Source of the DNA: the human T2T-CHM13v2.0 reference genome, Homo sapiens
Assembly: GCF_009914755.1 (NCBI RefSeq)
Contig: NC_060927.1
Strand: one strand, 5' to 3'
DNA length: 64,000 bases
Made by a program: the position numbers and the translations under genes. This document shows, in pieces, positions 12,851-25,099 of this stretch (the first letter of the stretch is position 1; each line of letters starts with the position of its first letter). The notes beneath the pieces were generated by a model, which saw only the letters and a list, made by a program, of their open reading frames with translations, did not search any database and had not been told where the DNA came from.

Positions 12851-14074
12851 GAATCATGAATATGTCATAAAAGAATAGAAATTTAATATGAAATAGAGTT
12901 GTTCTGCTCTGTCACTTAGATTATTAGTTATTTTTGATGACCAGTTTAAAGCATGGTTTACACAGAATCTAGCCTTCTTAATTTGGGAATAAATGAGAAA
13001 ACTGGACTACAGATATTTCCTTCGAAAAACTGTCCTCAAACACAATTGGCTTGGAAAGTTATGAGGTTTTTTTTACATTTTTTTCCAAACAGTAGAAAAC
13101 TTACAAATGCAAATGAAATACAAGGTTTATTTAAATTAATAGTTTCTGAGCCTTATTCCATTTAATTCGTACATAGTCCCTTGGCTTATTACCTTCCACA
13201 GCTCCATAGAGATGATCAAGAAAATGTATGCAGGTAAATATTACTATGTTGTTTTAAGGAGCTATAATACTGAAGAGCATTGATTTAAGTCATTTTTATT
13301 TCTATAAACAGAGTTGCCTGATAGATTGTTTTGCAAATCTGTTTATTTGTTTTAGGGAAAATTTTTTCTACTAATCTTACAGATACAGTACGGACCACCA
13401 GATGCTATTTTTGTTTAATGATTTTCTATTCTTAATAACCTATGTAGTAGGTTTCGAGTTGGAAAGCTGCCAAATTGACTCTAATTTAAATTTTGATTTT
13501 ACAAATGAATATCTTGGTAAGTATCATAAATCATCCTGTGAAAATATCAATGCATCCAAAGCCACACTAAAACCATTTAAGTCCAAGGAACACTAGGTCA
13601 TGTGAAATAAAAAGTGTACTCAGTCAGCAGATAAAAGCAAGCTTCAATTATCTTTAGATAAACTCAACTAAACTTTTAAAAGTATGTGCATCAAACATCA
13701 TACTTCATCTATCCACAAGATAAATGTTTTATCACTGGTGTATATATACTCTCATTTATTAAGAGGTACATTTTGACTAATAAATCTGCCTTTCATAGAG
13801 TGCCACTCATGCAAAGTCCTATCTATCATAAACTTAAGTCAAACTTTGCCAATTTATGATACAAGGAAGTGGGCTACTCTGCAGTAGCAGTATATTTAAT
13901 TGGTGGTGACAGTATTCAGCAAGCCAGGATTCTTTTTTCTCAGCAACAGTGAAACACCTCCATTAAAATAAATTAATACTCTTATCTCAACTGATTTGTT
14001 TGGAAAGAGGCATAAGAAAAAGATGGAGCTGTAAATGAATTTTAAAATGTATCAACTGCATTAATTACTATTTT

Positions 14075-14590
14075 TATTTATTTCTGAGTGTTTTACTACC
14101 CTAAAACTTAGTGATATAAAACAACAATCATTCACTTGCTCAGGATACCAGTGATTGGCAACACAGGAAGTGCTCAGAGGGCATGGCTCATCTCTGCTCC
14201 TTATACGGTGTCAGCTGGACTCATTCATGCTGTTGTGGGTCATTTGGCAGGTCATCTGGTTGGTCCTGGATGACTTTCATTGCTGGCAACTGGCTGACAC
14301 TGTCAGCCAGGGTATGTCAATACCATCCACATTCTATCTCCAGCAGGCTACTATGGACTTTTTTAATATAGCATCTGATTTCTAAGAGGACAAGAGAGAA
14401 GCTAGACAGCCTCTTGAGTCCTGGACTTAGGAAGCATATCATATTACTCTATTATTCTGTTGGTAAAGCAAGTTACAGGGCCAGCACATATTAAAAGGAG
14501 GAGAAATTGACTCCTCCTTTTTATGGGAGTAATTGCAAAGTCAAATCATAAAATGCATATAATAGTAATGAGGGAAATTGTGGCAGTGAC
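14075..14590 (-). mobile_element. Old MLT1 (G/H/I-type) MaLR LTR
   Basis: CCTAAAACTTAGTGATATAAAACAACAATCATT...GGCTCATCTCTGCTCC...TTCTGTTGGTAAAGCAAGTTACAGGGCCAG. Confidence 0.8.
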
Positions 14591-14652
14591 ATATAAGGAC
14601 AATAAAGCCATTTCAGGTACAAGGGATCACTAGGCCTTTGGACCTGAAGACC

Positions 14653-14708
14653 CAAACAAATAAAACAAAACAAAAACCCCCAAACCAAACCAAAACAAAC
14701 AAAAAAAG
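14653..14708. repeat. (CAAAA)n-like simple repeat
   Basis: caaacaaataaaacaaaacaaaaacccccaaaccaaaccaaaacaaacaaaaaaa. Confidence 0.7.
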
Positions 14709-14759
14709 TACGGAGAATTCTAATGGACAATTAACCATCTCAACCTCATTTTTCAAACT

Positions 14760-15250
14760 ATATTGTGGACACAGGAATTAGTTACCTGCAGAAGACAATA
14801 TGCATTGTGTATCAAAGCTTTAATACAAACACATCAGCTCAACAATTGTACTCCCAGAAATAGTTCAAGAAAGTAATTACGGATATGCACAAAGATTTTG
14901 CTACAGTTACAATCATTGCAGCATTAATAATGTGAGAAAAATAATTCTACAAACCACTAATAAGTGATGGGTTGCACAGGTTTTTGCAAAGCAATATTAA
15001 GATGTAGTTTACTAACTGGAGTAATTATGTTACTCAGGATATTGAATCAGCTATTTCTATGGACAGTCCAAATAACATGAATGATGTGGAAAAAATTTTA
15101 CAATGTATTATTGAGTGGAAAAAAAGCTGTATATAACAGAAATGTGGTTTTACTTTATATAATCTTATAATTAATATATACTGTATATACTCATATCAAT
15201 ATTAAGTCAACATTGATTATCTCTCTAGATGGACACATTCTTTGTTCTTA
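14760..15250 (+). mobile_element. L1ME 3' fragment
   Basis: CAACAATTGTACTCCCAGAAAT...TGCACAAAGAT...TCATTGCAGCATT...TATTGAGTGGAAAAAAAG. Confidence 0.6.
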
Positions 15251-17259
15251 GGAACATGGCATTCTTTTAAAAGAAATAAAATCCTTTTTAAAAAGTTATT
15301 CTTTTAAAGAAAAGAAGTGAATATATCAAAAGCACATTAAAGCAAAACAGAATTCTAGTGCCCTATCAGCCTCACTTTTATAAAGCAATCCTTTATCTTT
15401 GCTGTACTTTGAATTCAGCACAACAGTAATGACTGAGGAACAACCACACTCTATTTTTCTCTGAATCTTTTTTGGTTGGACTATATCACAATAGAAGAAG
15501 AAATAAGTTTTGGCTGGTTCAATCTCTTTAACTGAAGCAGATTTCAGAATGTGATTCATCAATTTGGAAATCTAGAATCCAGTTAAATTGGTTCAGGGCT
15601 GCTCACTCCTTTCTTGGGCATCTTACTTAATTCCTTTAACATAGGCTCCCATTAATGACTTGCTGCATTTTTGAAAAGACAAAAAAGAGTTAAAATGTAT
15701 ATTTTGGTTTGAAATAGGACAAAAACACTCCAACTCACCCCTAGCTCTGATGTAAACTGGAAAATATCCCTAAGAACTTCATGAAGCAGCAAACTGAGAG
15801 AGTTGCCAGGAATGGACAAAAATCTGCTGGTTGAAAAGATCTGATCAGCATTAGAGTAGTGACTTTTCTGGCTGAGTCCTTTAGTATACCTGGTGGCCGA
15901 ACCCTGTGATATCCATTTACTGGAACATCAGATTTCACTGAAAGGCTGGAAACGTAAACTCATAACAGATTTGTTTCTTTACCAACTGCTTAATTATGGT
16001 AACTTCATCATGTTAACAAAATGAATTACATTTGTTATCCCTGCACTTACCAAGGCCTAACAGGTAAATAGCCTATTAACATGTTTTCATTTAACCCTAC
16101 TATTCCAAGTGGATGTGATTTGACTGTAAATTAGCTGCAGGCATCCACTTGCCCAGCTCAAAATTAATTTTATGTTGAAGTAAAATGGTGGTCTATCAAT
16201 TTAACCTTTCATAAGCAAAGAAAGACAAATTTGGCTTCTTGTCTGCATTCACTAGTAGGTTTACTTATTTCTTTCTCAAACATTTGTGGAAGCTCCAATT
16301 AGTATTTGAAATTTTCTGTGAATTTGTAATGAATGAGTCAAGTTTGCATGGCAACCAGTGGCCAGCTAAGACCCTCAAAAGAGATTTTCTCTGTTCCTGC
16401 TGAGAGTGTAATAATAGGGTCAGGTTTATACTTGAATGGTTCTCTCTTTTGAAATAAATTATAGTTGTGCATTTTAGTCAAAAGTTAACTAAAAGAAAAT
16501 TTGATTTGCCTTTATATGTTGAACAATAACCAATTTGACTTTCACCTGCTAAGATGGTTCAGTATCCTCATTGTACATACTTTGAGATTAATAGTATGAG
16601 GAAGACTCAAAGTGTCAACCATGATAGAAGAACCAGCATTATGAAAGTATCTTAGTTTCCACATAAATATCATGGGATAGTGGGAGGAACAGGTATGTGA
16701 AGGAATAAATAATTATAAAAATAAGCAAAAGGATGTTTTTCTTAAGTCTGTCAATGTGTCTTGACAATAAAGTATTCATGGAATGTGTCCTGGTGATTAC
16801 AGATTGGTTTTAAAAATTGCAAAACTTAGAAGTGACGTCCACGGACTGACTCACTCATTTTATACAAAAACAGTATGTTTAAACAAGCATTTCCAAATAA
16901 CTTAGGATCATGGTTAGTTTGTTTTCTTTTTTATTTTCATATGTGTTGCTAAAATTTGCTCCTCCTTTTAGGCTACATTTTTGGTCCAAATTTTTGCTCT
17001 ACTTCACGACTCTGTGCATTTGCATGTGGCCTAAATTTTCCCATGAAGATATTGGGATATGATGATATTTTCTCTCTAGATATGCCCTAGATTTAACATC
17101 AAAAAGACATTGATTTAACAGGATATAAAAAAAAATTGTATTACCATCTCAATATATGAATAACATTAATTTGATAATAATATTAATTCTAGATATTTTT
17201 ATGTAGCAAAGTTGGAAGAGAAGGAAATAACAGAACACAGTACCCACTAAAACCCTATA

Positions 17260-17350
17260 GGGCTGCACAACAATGTGAATATATTTAATGCCATTAAACT
17301 GTACACTTAAAGGGTAAGTTTCATGTTATGCATATTTTAGCAGCATAAGA
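17260..17350 (+). mobile_element. L1MB 3' terminal fragment
   Basis: GGCTGCACAACAATGTGAATATATTTAATGCCATTAAACTGTACACTTAAA. Confidence 0.8.
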
Positions 17351-17494
17351 ACATTAGATAATTTTCAAAGGTAAGAGTGGGAGGATATAAATACTTACAT
17401 CAGTAGCATATACTTAGAATTACGTACTAACCTATTTTGAACAGTTTGACAAACATTCGAATACTAATACATGTTTTTAGCATGATATTTTAAA

Positions 17495-17837
17495 ATAACC
17501 AAACAAAATCTGTCCTGCCTCTCAAAAATTTTTGCCTATATCCTAGCTCCTAGAACCTATAAATGTTACATTATTTGGGGAAAAAAAGGTCTTTATACAT
17601 ACAATTAAATTAAGAATTTTGAGAGATTGTTCTGGATTATCCAGTGGGCCTTCAATCCAATGACAGGGTTCCTTATAAGAAACACACAGGGGAGATCTGA
17701 CAGAAATCAGAGAAAAAGGCACTGTGACCATAGAGGCAGAGATTGAAGCAATGCTGCCAAAAGTCAAGGAGGCCTGGAGCTACCAGAAACTAGAAGCAAA
17801 AAACAGAATCTCCCCATGGAGCCTTTGAAGAAAGCAT
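17495..17837 (+). mobile_element. MLT1C/D LTR, 3' truncated
   Basis: GAACCTATAAATGTTACATTATTTGG...TGGATTATCCAGTGGGCC...GTGACCATAGAGGCAGAGATTG. Confidence 0.8.
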
Positions 17838-18995
17838 TTCTATACACAGATAACAATCCAGCCAAAGAAAAGGAAAGAAAATAATCACATATATGATAGA
17901 ATAAAACAAATACCTAGGAATACATTTAACCAAGGAGATGAAAGATTTGTACACTGAAATCTATGAAATATTTTTGAAAGAAATTAAAGACACAGATAAA
18001 CTGAAAATATTCTGTGTTCATCAATGGGAAGAATCCATACTGTTAAAATGTTATACTGCCCAAAGCAATATACAGATTTAACACAATCCTTATCAAAATT
18101 CCAATGGAATTCTTCACAGAAATAGAAAAAAATTTTCAAAAATTTATATGAAACCACAGAAAGCCCTGAATAGCCAAGGCAATATTGAGAAAGAAAAACA
18201 AAGCTGTAGGTATCATACCTCCTGATTTAAACTTTTATTACAAAGCTATAGTAATCAAAACAGTACGTTACAGGCATACAAATCACACAGACCAACGGAA
18301 CAAAATAGAGATCTCAGAAATAAATCCAAAAGGATGTGTCAATTAGTTGACACTTATATGCCAAATAATTTTCAACAAAGGCACTAAGAGGATATAATGG
18401 GGAAGCAAAGAGACTCTTCAATAAATGGTGTTGGAAAAACTGGATTTCCACATGTAAAGGAATGAAGTTAGACCCTTATCTTACATCATACATGAAAATT
18501 AACTCAAAGTGGATAATATAGCTATATGTAAGAACTGAAATTGTAAAACTCCTGAAGTTGAAAACATAGGAGAAAAGCTCCTGGACACTCCCTTGGCAAT
18601 AATTCTTTTGGATATCACATCAAAATCTCAGGCTACAAAATTAAAACAAATAAATGAGACTCCATGTAACTAAAAAGCTTCAGCACAGCAAAGTGAACAA
18701 TCAGCAAGATGAAAAGGCAACCAACACATGGGAAAGTATAATTCATACCACATACCTGATAAAGTGTTAATATCCCCAAATTTATAAAGACCCCTTACAA
18801 CTCAATAGCTGAAAAACAAATAACCCAACTGTAAATTGAGGAAATGACTTGAATAGACATTTCTCCAAAGAGGATATAAATGCCCATCAGATATATGAAA
18901 AAGTGCTTAATATCACTAATCAGAAAGGAATTAAAAATCAAAACCACTATGAGATATCACCTCACACCCATAGATTGCTCTTAGAGAAACAACAA

Positions 18996-19531
<536 letters not shown>

Positions 19532-19724
19532 CTAAAGAAATCTGAAATAGAACTACGGTATGACCCAGCGATCCCTCTCTCCTGGGTATATACTCAAAGG
19601 ATATGAAATCACCACCTTTAAAGATAGCTACATTCTAATATTCATTGCAACATTATTCACAATAGCTAAAATATGAAAAGAACCTAAGTGTCCATCAACA
19701 GAAAAATGAATTTTAAAAAATGTA

Positions 19725-19749
19725 TACACACATACACATACTTGAGCAT

Positions 19750-19780
<31 letters not shown>
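19725..19780. repeat. (CA)n microsatellite
   Basis: Pure CA run at 19751-19779. Confidence 0.95.
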
Positions 19781-19782
<2 letters not shown>

Positions 19783-19959
19783 GTGGAATATCATTCAGCC
19801 TTATGAAGGAAGGTGATCTTACCATTTGCCACAACATGGATAGACCTGGAGGATGTTATGATAAGTGAAATAAGCCACACAAAGAAAAACTATTGCAAAA
19901 TCTCACTTATATGTGAAATATATATCTAAAAAAACCTTAAAGGGAAACAAAATCAATTT

Positions 19960-20466
19960 TACCATAGGCTAATCCATATAATCAAGAGTTAAAGTTCCTA
20001 CAGCATATTTCTGGTCACAAAATCATCACCACATTTCTAAATAAAGACCCGAAACGCTTCTAATATTAAACAATGAAATAAATGTAAGCTATCCATACCT
20101 TTAAGAAAGATTGATAAACACAAGTAAGATAATTATTTACCAATTATTCCAGTTTAGAATCATGGGTAGCTGAAGCCTATCCCGGCAGCTCAGGTGCAAG
20201 GTGGGAACTAGCCCTGGACAGAATGCCACTCCGTTGCAGGGCGCCCTCACCCACACACCTATACTCACTCAGATTGGGGCCATTTAGACACACCAGTTAA
20301 CCTAATGTGCTCATTTTGGGGATGTGGGAGGAAACCAACATACCCAGAGAAAGCCCACGCAGACATGAGAAGAAGGTACTAATTCCACAGACAGTGGCCC
20401 CAGCCAGAAACCTTTTTATTTGTCATCCACATTATAGCAAAAATGGCATTAGTTGAGGACCTGCTA
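19960..20466. mobile_element. MER6/MER6A (TcMar-Tigger) DNA transposon
   Basis: GAAGCCTATCCCGGCAGCTCAGG...GGGATGTGGGAGGAAACC...ACCCAGAGAAAGCCCACGCAGACATG...TIR-like GAGGACCTGCT. Confidence 0.85.
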
Positions 20467-21787
20467 AGTATTTTTTAGCTACTTGTTTTATATGTTACAC
20501 GTGGACCTCCTACAAGCCCAAAAGTTACTGTGGCCTAATACGGTCAGAAAGATACTGTTCAGACAATTTGGTCTAATCACATAATTAAGCATTCAATGTG
20601 TTTTTGTTGATTGATTGTAAATTGGAGTCAACTTATTTCAAATTATGTCTGCTTGGGGAGCTGCAGCTGAGATTCAACACCTCAAGTCTTTCAGTTTCCC
20701 TATTTAGTAACAACATCGCCTGTGATTTCTATTAGCTAATTAAGTACACTTGAGCCAAAACAAATGTACTCTTTGTTTTAAAGGTATAGCCATGTTGCTT
20801 GCTGAGACTCAAAGAATAAAGCCTCTTAAAATTAGGTTGTTTTAGTTTGGAAGCTAATGACCACCAATTAAAAAAAATAACCCATCAAATGATAAGTCCC
20901 CATGTTTTGCAAAAATCCTGTTCCTTCCTAGAGATTAAACTTTACAATTTTGTTGTAAACTCTGCATTCTCACCATAATTTATATTACTTCTGTGCTTTT
21001 GATGTGTCCTTTGCCAAAGGCTTGATACACAACCATGACAATGTTGTATACCATTAATAAATGTTGGTGAAGTTTGATTGTATGGGTTTTAATTTAATTG
21101 AGTTGAATTTTTTATATCAAGCATTCCTCATCAACATAGATGAAAGTATAGAGAAGAGGCAGGAAATAGCTACATGCTCAGAGATCTAACAAGTGCACAC
21201 AGAGTTGTAGTGTTGTATAACAACTGTGGTTGGGGAAGCACTTGCCACAAATGGCCTGAGATGCTCTGTGGTCTCTTTCTTTATTTCATAAGTCTTCACA
21301 GTGTTTTCATCTAGAAAACAGACCATACTATATAGCCAAAATTTCACAACCATTCTTAGCATCAGGGAATGAAAAACTTTAATTATAAGAAAATGATAAA
21401 ATCAATCAACACCATTTCTGTTTGGAGTATTTTCAATAAAATACCACCTCCAATTCTCTCAAAAGTAATTAAAAGAAAGGTAGAAAAGTACTTGTACCTA
21501 CTCGAATAACATTTTTCGTGTCACTTTATAAGCTCGTTTCTACATGTTTTTCTGCTTTATGTTTAGATGCAAAATCTTGACTCTTTACAAGTTTACCATT
21601 TTAGGGTCTTCTCATTGATGATGAATTCACTTTTGAGGCAGGTCCTTGAAAGAAATGACTAAGATGGGTTATATACATCTTCTATTCCAGAAAGAAAATT
21701 TTTTTATGGCTTCTGTTTAGCATTACTTCATTTTTTACTCTCCCACTTCTTCCAGGGCATATATTTAAGCCTATGGTGTGTATTTTT

Positions 21788-21998
21788 CTTCCATTTTTTA
21801 AAAAAACTTTTATTTTAAGTTCAGGGGTACATGTGCAGGTTTGTTGCATGGGTAAACTTGTGTCATGGGGGTTTGCTATGCAGATTATTTCATCAACAGG
21901 ATAGTAAACCCAGTACCCATTAGTCATTTTTCCTGATCGTCTCCTTCCTCCAACATAGACAGGAATAATACTAAATGAAGCCTATTGGAAGGTGGAGG
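21788..21998 (-). mobile_element. Short L1PA (about PA13-16) 3' end with 5' inversion
   Basis: Antisense 3' UTR 21788-21950, sense segment 21951-21998, TSD ATG(G/A)TGTGTATT(T/C)TT. Confidence 0.85.
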
Positions 21999-22279
21999 AT
22001 GATGTGTATTCTTAAAGCATAGCTAGCATACACAATGTAGGGTGCAAACAGGTTAACATACTGGGCATATAGAACCCCCAACTACACCATGAATTAAAAA
22101 AAAGACATTTATTAAGCCTTTTATTCTGAGTTAGCCATTCATGGCAATTAATTGAAAATTTATATGGAAACTTTATATGGAATATGAAATTTTAAAAATG
22201 TTATCTTCAAAACTGTGCTAAAATGTTCACTAAAAAGTAATGCTAAAAATCAAAATTAATTTTTGATCCCAATCACTTG

Positions 22280-22490
22280 GCACAGTGTAGTAGCAAGAAT
22301 GACTAAGTTGGCTGCACTAAAGGCTATGCCATCTCACACCAGAGTTTTTTTGAGTCTGGTTTCCTCAGATAGAAAATGAAAATACTAAACCTACTTAGCA
22401 AGGTTTTTACAAGGTTGTTGCTAGGTGGATGAAGTATTTAATGTTTTAAAAAAAGAGCATAGATGATGTGCAAGAAATCTAATGTTACTA
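22280..22490 (+). mobile_element. MIR SINE
   Basis: CTGGTTTCCTCAGATAGAAAATGAAAATACTAAACCTAC...GGTTGTTG. Confidence 0.6.
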
Positions 22491-23619
22491 ATTAAATTAG
22501 AATTAAATAAAAATAAATACTTGCATATTGTTGAGTATACAGAGTAAATGTAGGCAATTCATTCACAGAAATTACCATTGGTAATTTTATGCAAAAGACC
22601 ACAGTAAGCTCACTCTTCTGAGAATATTTTCCCTTCATAATCTGTTTCTTCTTATATATGTACCACTGTTCTCTTTTACACTCAGTAGGCATGAGGATGA
22701 CTATTAGGATAGATTTATTGACATACTTTCACATGTTATTTTGTTAATTGACAAATAAAAATTGTACAGATTTATTGTGTACAAAAAAGTCTGTTTCTAT
22801 AACTAGTCCTTCTCATTAGAACAGTAAACAGCTTACAACTAAGTAACTGAGAGACTCAAGACAAACTAGAGAACATTGATAGTAGGCTTATTATATGCCG
22901 GGGACCATTCCAAGTGCTTATTTATATAGCACCTTTCCTTATGAAGCTCATACAAGGGTGTTTACCACAGATCCTGAATATTCCTTAATAATCAGGGACT
23001 TGGTGAAACACATTATTTCAATGTTATAATTGAAGATATAGGAGACGAAAAATGGAGAAAGATGCAATAGAATAACGAGATCACAAGCAGAGAAATTTAG
23101 ATTTGTTCTCTGAATTCATTTGTCTGAGTGCAGAAACAATTCTTACTGTCATTAGTGCCTAGCTGGCATGTGTCAGAGTAGTTACTCAGTGAATACTTGC
23201 AAATAAAGATTGCTCGTTAGATCCTAAGGGAAGGTTTATAGACTTACATTTGCATGGAAACAAGTTATATTCATGCAGCAAGCAGCAGTTTAAATTATTT
23301 CCTGGGAATTCAAATGTTAAAGACACAGGGGCCCGCTTACACTGTCTGCCTCTCTGCTTGGACTTAGAATAACACAGGAATTGCATACAGTGTGTGTTGA
23401 ATAAAAGTTCTTGGCTTCTGTATGTATTTGTATTTTCCTAAGGAAATAAAGAATGGCAAGGTGCAAAGATAAAATATTTTTATTTGGGTTTTCCTTAGGT
23501 CTTAAGGTCATATTCTTTGGAAACAGTACAAGCTTATAGAGAAAATAGCTCATGTTACCATTAGGAAAAACCATACATAAAAAATACATTAAGGAAAAGA
23601 CTCTTGCTCATTAACATTA

Positions 23620-24349
23620 ATCCACTCTGACTTACTAACTTAATTCCATTCAAAAAATAAAAGAAAAATCACACCAACAAAGCATGATGGTGGAGGTTTT
23701 CTGAACCACATAGAGAACAGTCTTACCTATGGCTATCCTTTCAAAATGTAATAACAAATGTTGAAGTATTGTTGGACTAGTAAAATATGTTACATTTTGG
23801 AGCACTAGAAAAGACTAGACTTGGAAAGTGAGTCACAGAAGCAGGCTCTTAATATTTATGTACTTAGTCTGAGGATTTTCACCTGGAGCGTATCACATTA
23901 GTTTCTCCAATCATTAGGGAGCCCAACATTTTTCTACTGAATTACTAAAACACATTTTCGTATGCCCTGAATTACAAAAGCTCTCTTCGAAGACTGACAT
24001 TCAAACAAGTATGCAATTGTGAACCTGTGTTCACAAGTTGAACCCAGGTGGTTTTGTCTGGCGATAATCTAAAAGCATGATCATTTTAACCCTGCAAGCC
24101 CTGACATTCTCAGTGCTTGGTGATTCATCTAAATCGAGGGAGAAAATGGAAAGAAGACCTCTTTTTGAAGAAACATTGCTGACATATCAGGAGCAGCCCC
24201 ACAGGTCAGTTGTAACTTCGCATAGTAGTTATTGTTAAGGAATTATCCACTCTGACTCATTAGCTGAATTCCATTCAAAAAATAAAAGCAAAATGACATC
24301 AACAGAGCATGATGGCAGGGGTTTTCTGGACTACGTAAATAGAGAACAG
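23620..24349 (+). repeat. Diverged direct repeat of about 100 bp (23620-23720 and 24245-24349)
   Basis: Manual alignment gives 13 substitutions plus one 4-nt indel. Confidence 0.9.
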
Positions 24350-25099
24350 CACTCATGGCAGCTTGCTTCTTTGTCCTTCATCACCACCTGCTCTTGAGGG
24401 AGTCTCAGCTAATTTTGATAGTCCTCCTTGTAGAAGGGAACCCTGCCTGTCCTGTTGGATACAAAAGGCAACAATATTCATCCCTGTCCTTGGTCTGGTC
24501 TTCTGACTGTGGTCACAGCCCCTAGAGACTCAGCTTAAGATGGACAGTCTCCCTGATGGGATGTTAAAGCCCCTTCTGTCAAGATTTGTGAAGTTTGAAT
24601 ATCATCCCCTAAATTGTGAATATCTAGAATTCTCAAGAGAATATTTTGCCTATCCCTCCGTCATTTTTTAAAGAATGGTTGAAGGATATGTGAGCCTTTT
24701 GCCTATTTTTCAACCATGATTTTAAAAATCCAAAAGTAATTGCCCCCAAAAGGCTTAAGTCTCAGCAAGTTCTTTGAAGTCTATGAGCTGATAGATGCAA
24801 GTACACATACAGAGAGGAAGCAGTGGTTGAGGTAAAAGAAAACCAGTAACATTTTTCCTAAATACTATATGGTGATTTTTAAAATGTTTACTCTTTCCCC
24901 AAAGCAAGATAAAAAAAAAAAAAGCTTGTCATTTGCTTTTTAAAACTAACAGAGCAGAAAAGACACTCTGCCATGAAAAGTAGAATTACTCAGTAGGAAG
25001 AATTAATAAGAACATATAGAGTGAATAAAATTTGGTTACCCCATATGCCATATGCACCCCCCCCACACACACACAAACAGACACAGACACACATACACA

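Noticed and set aside
16040-16070. Back-to-back splice-donor-like motifs on both strands
   Set aside because: No convincing paired acceptor found
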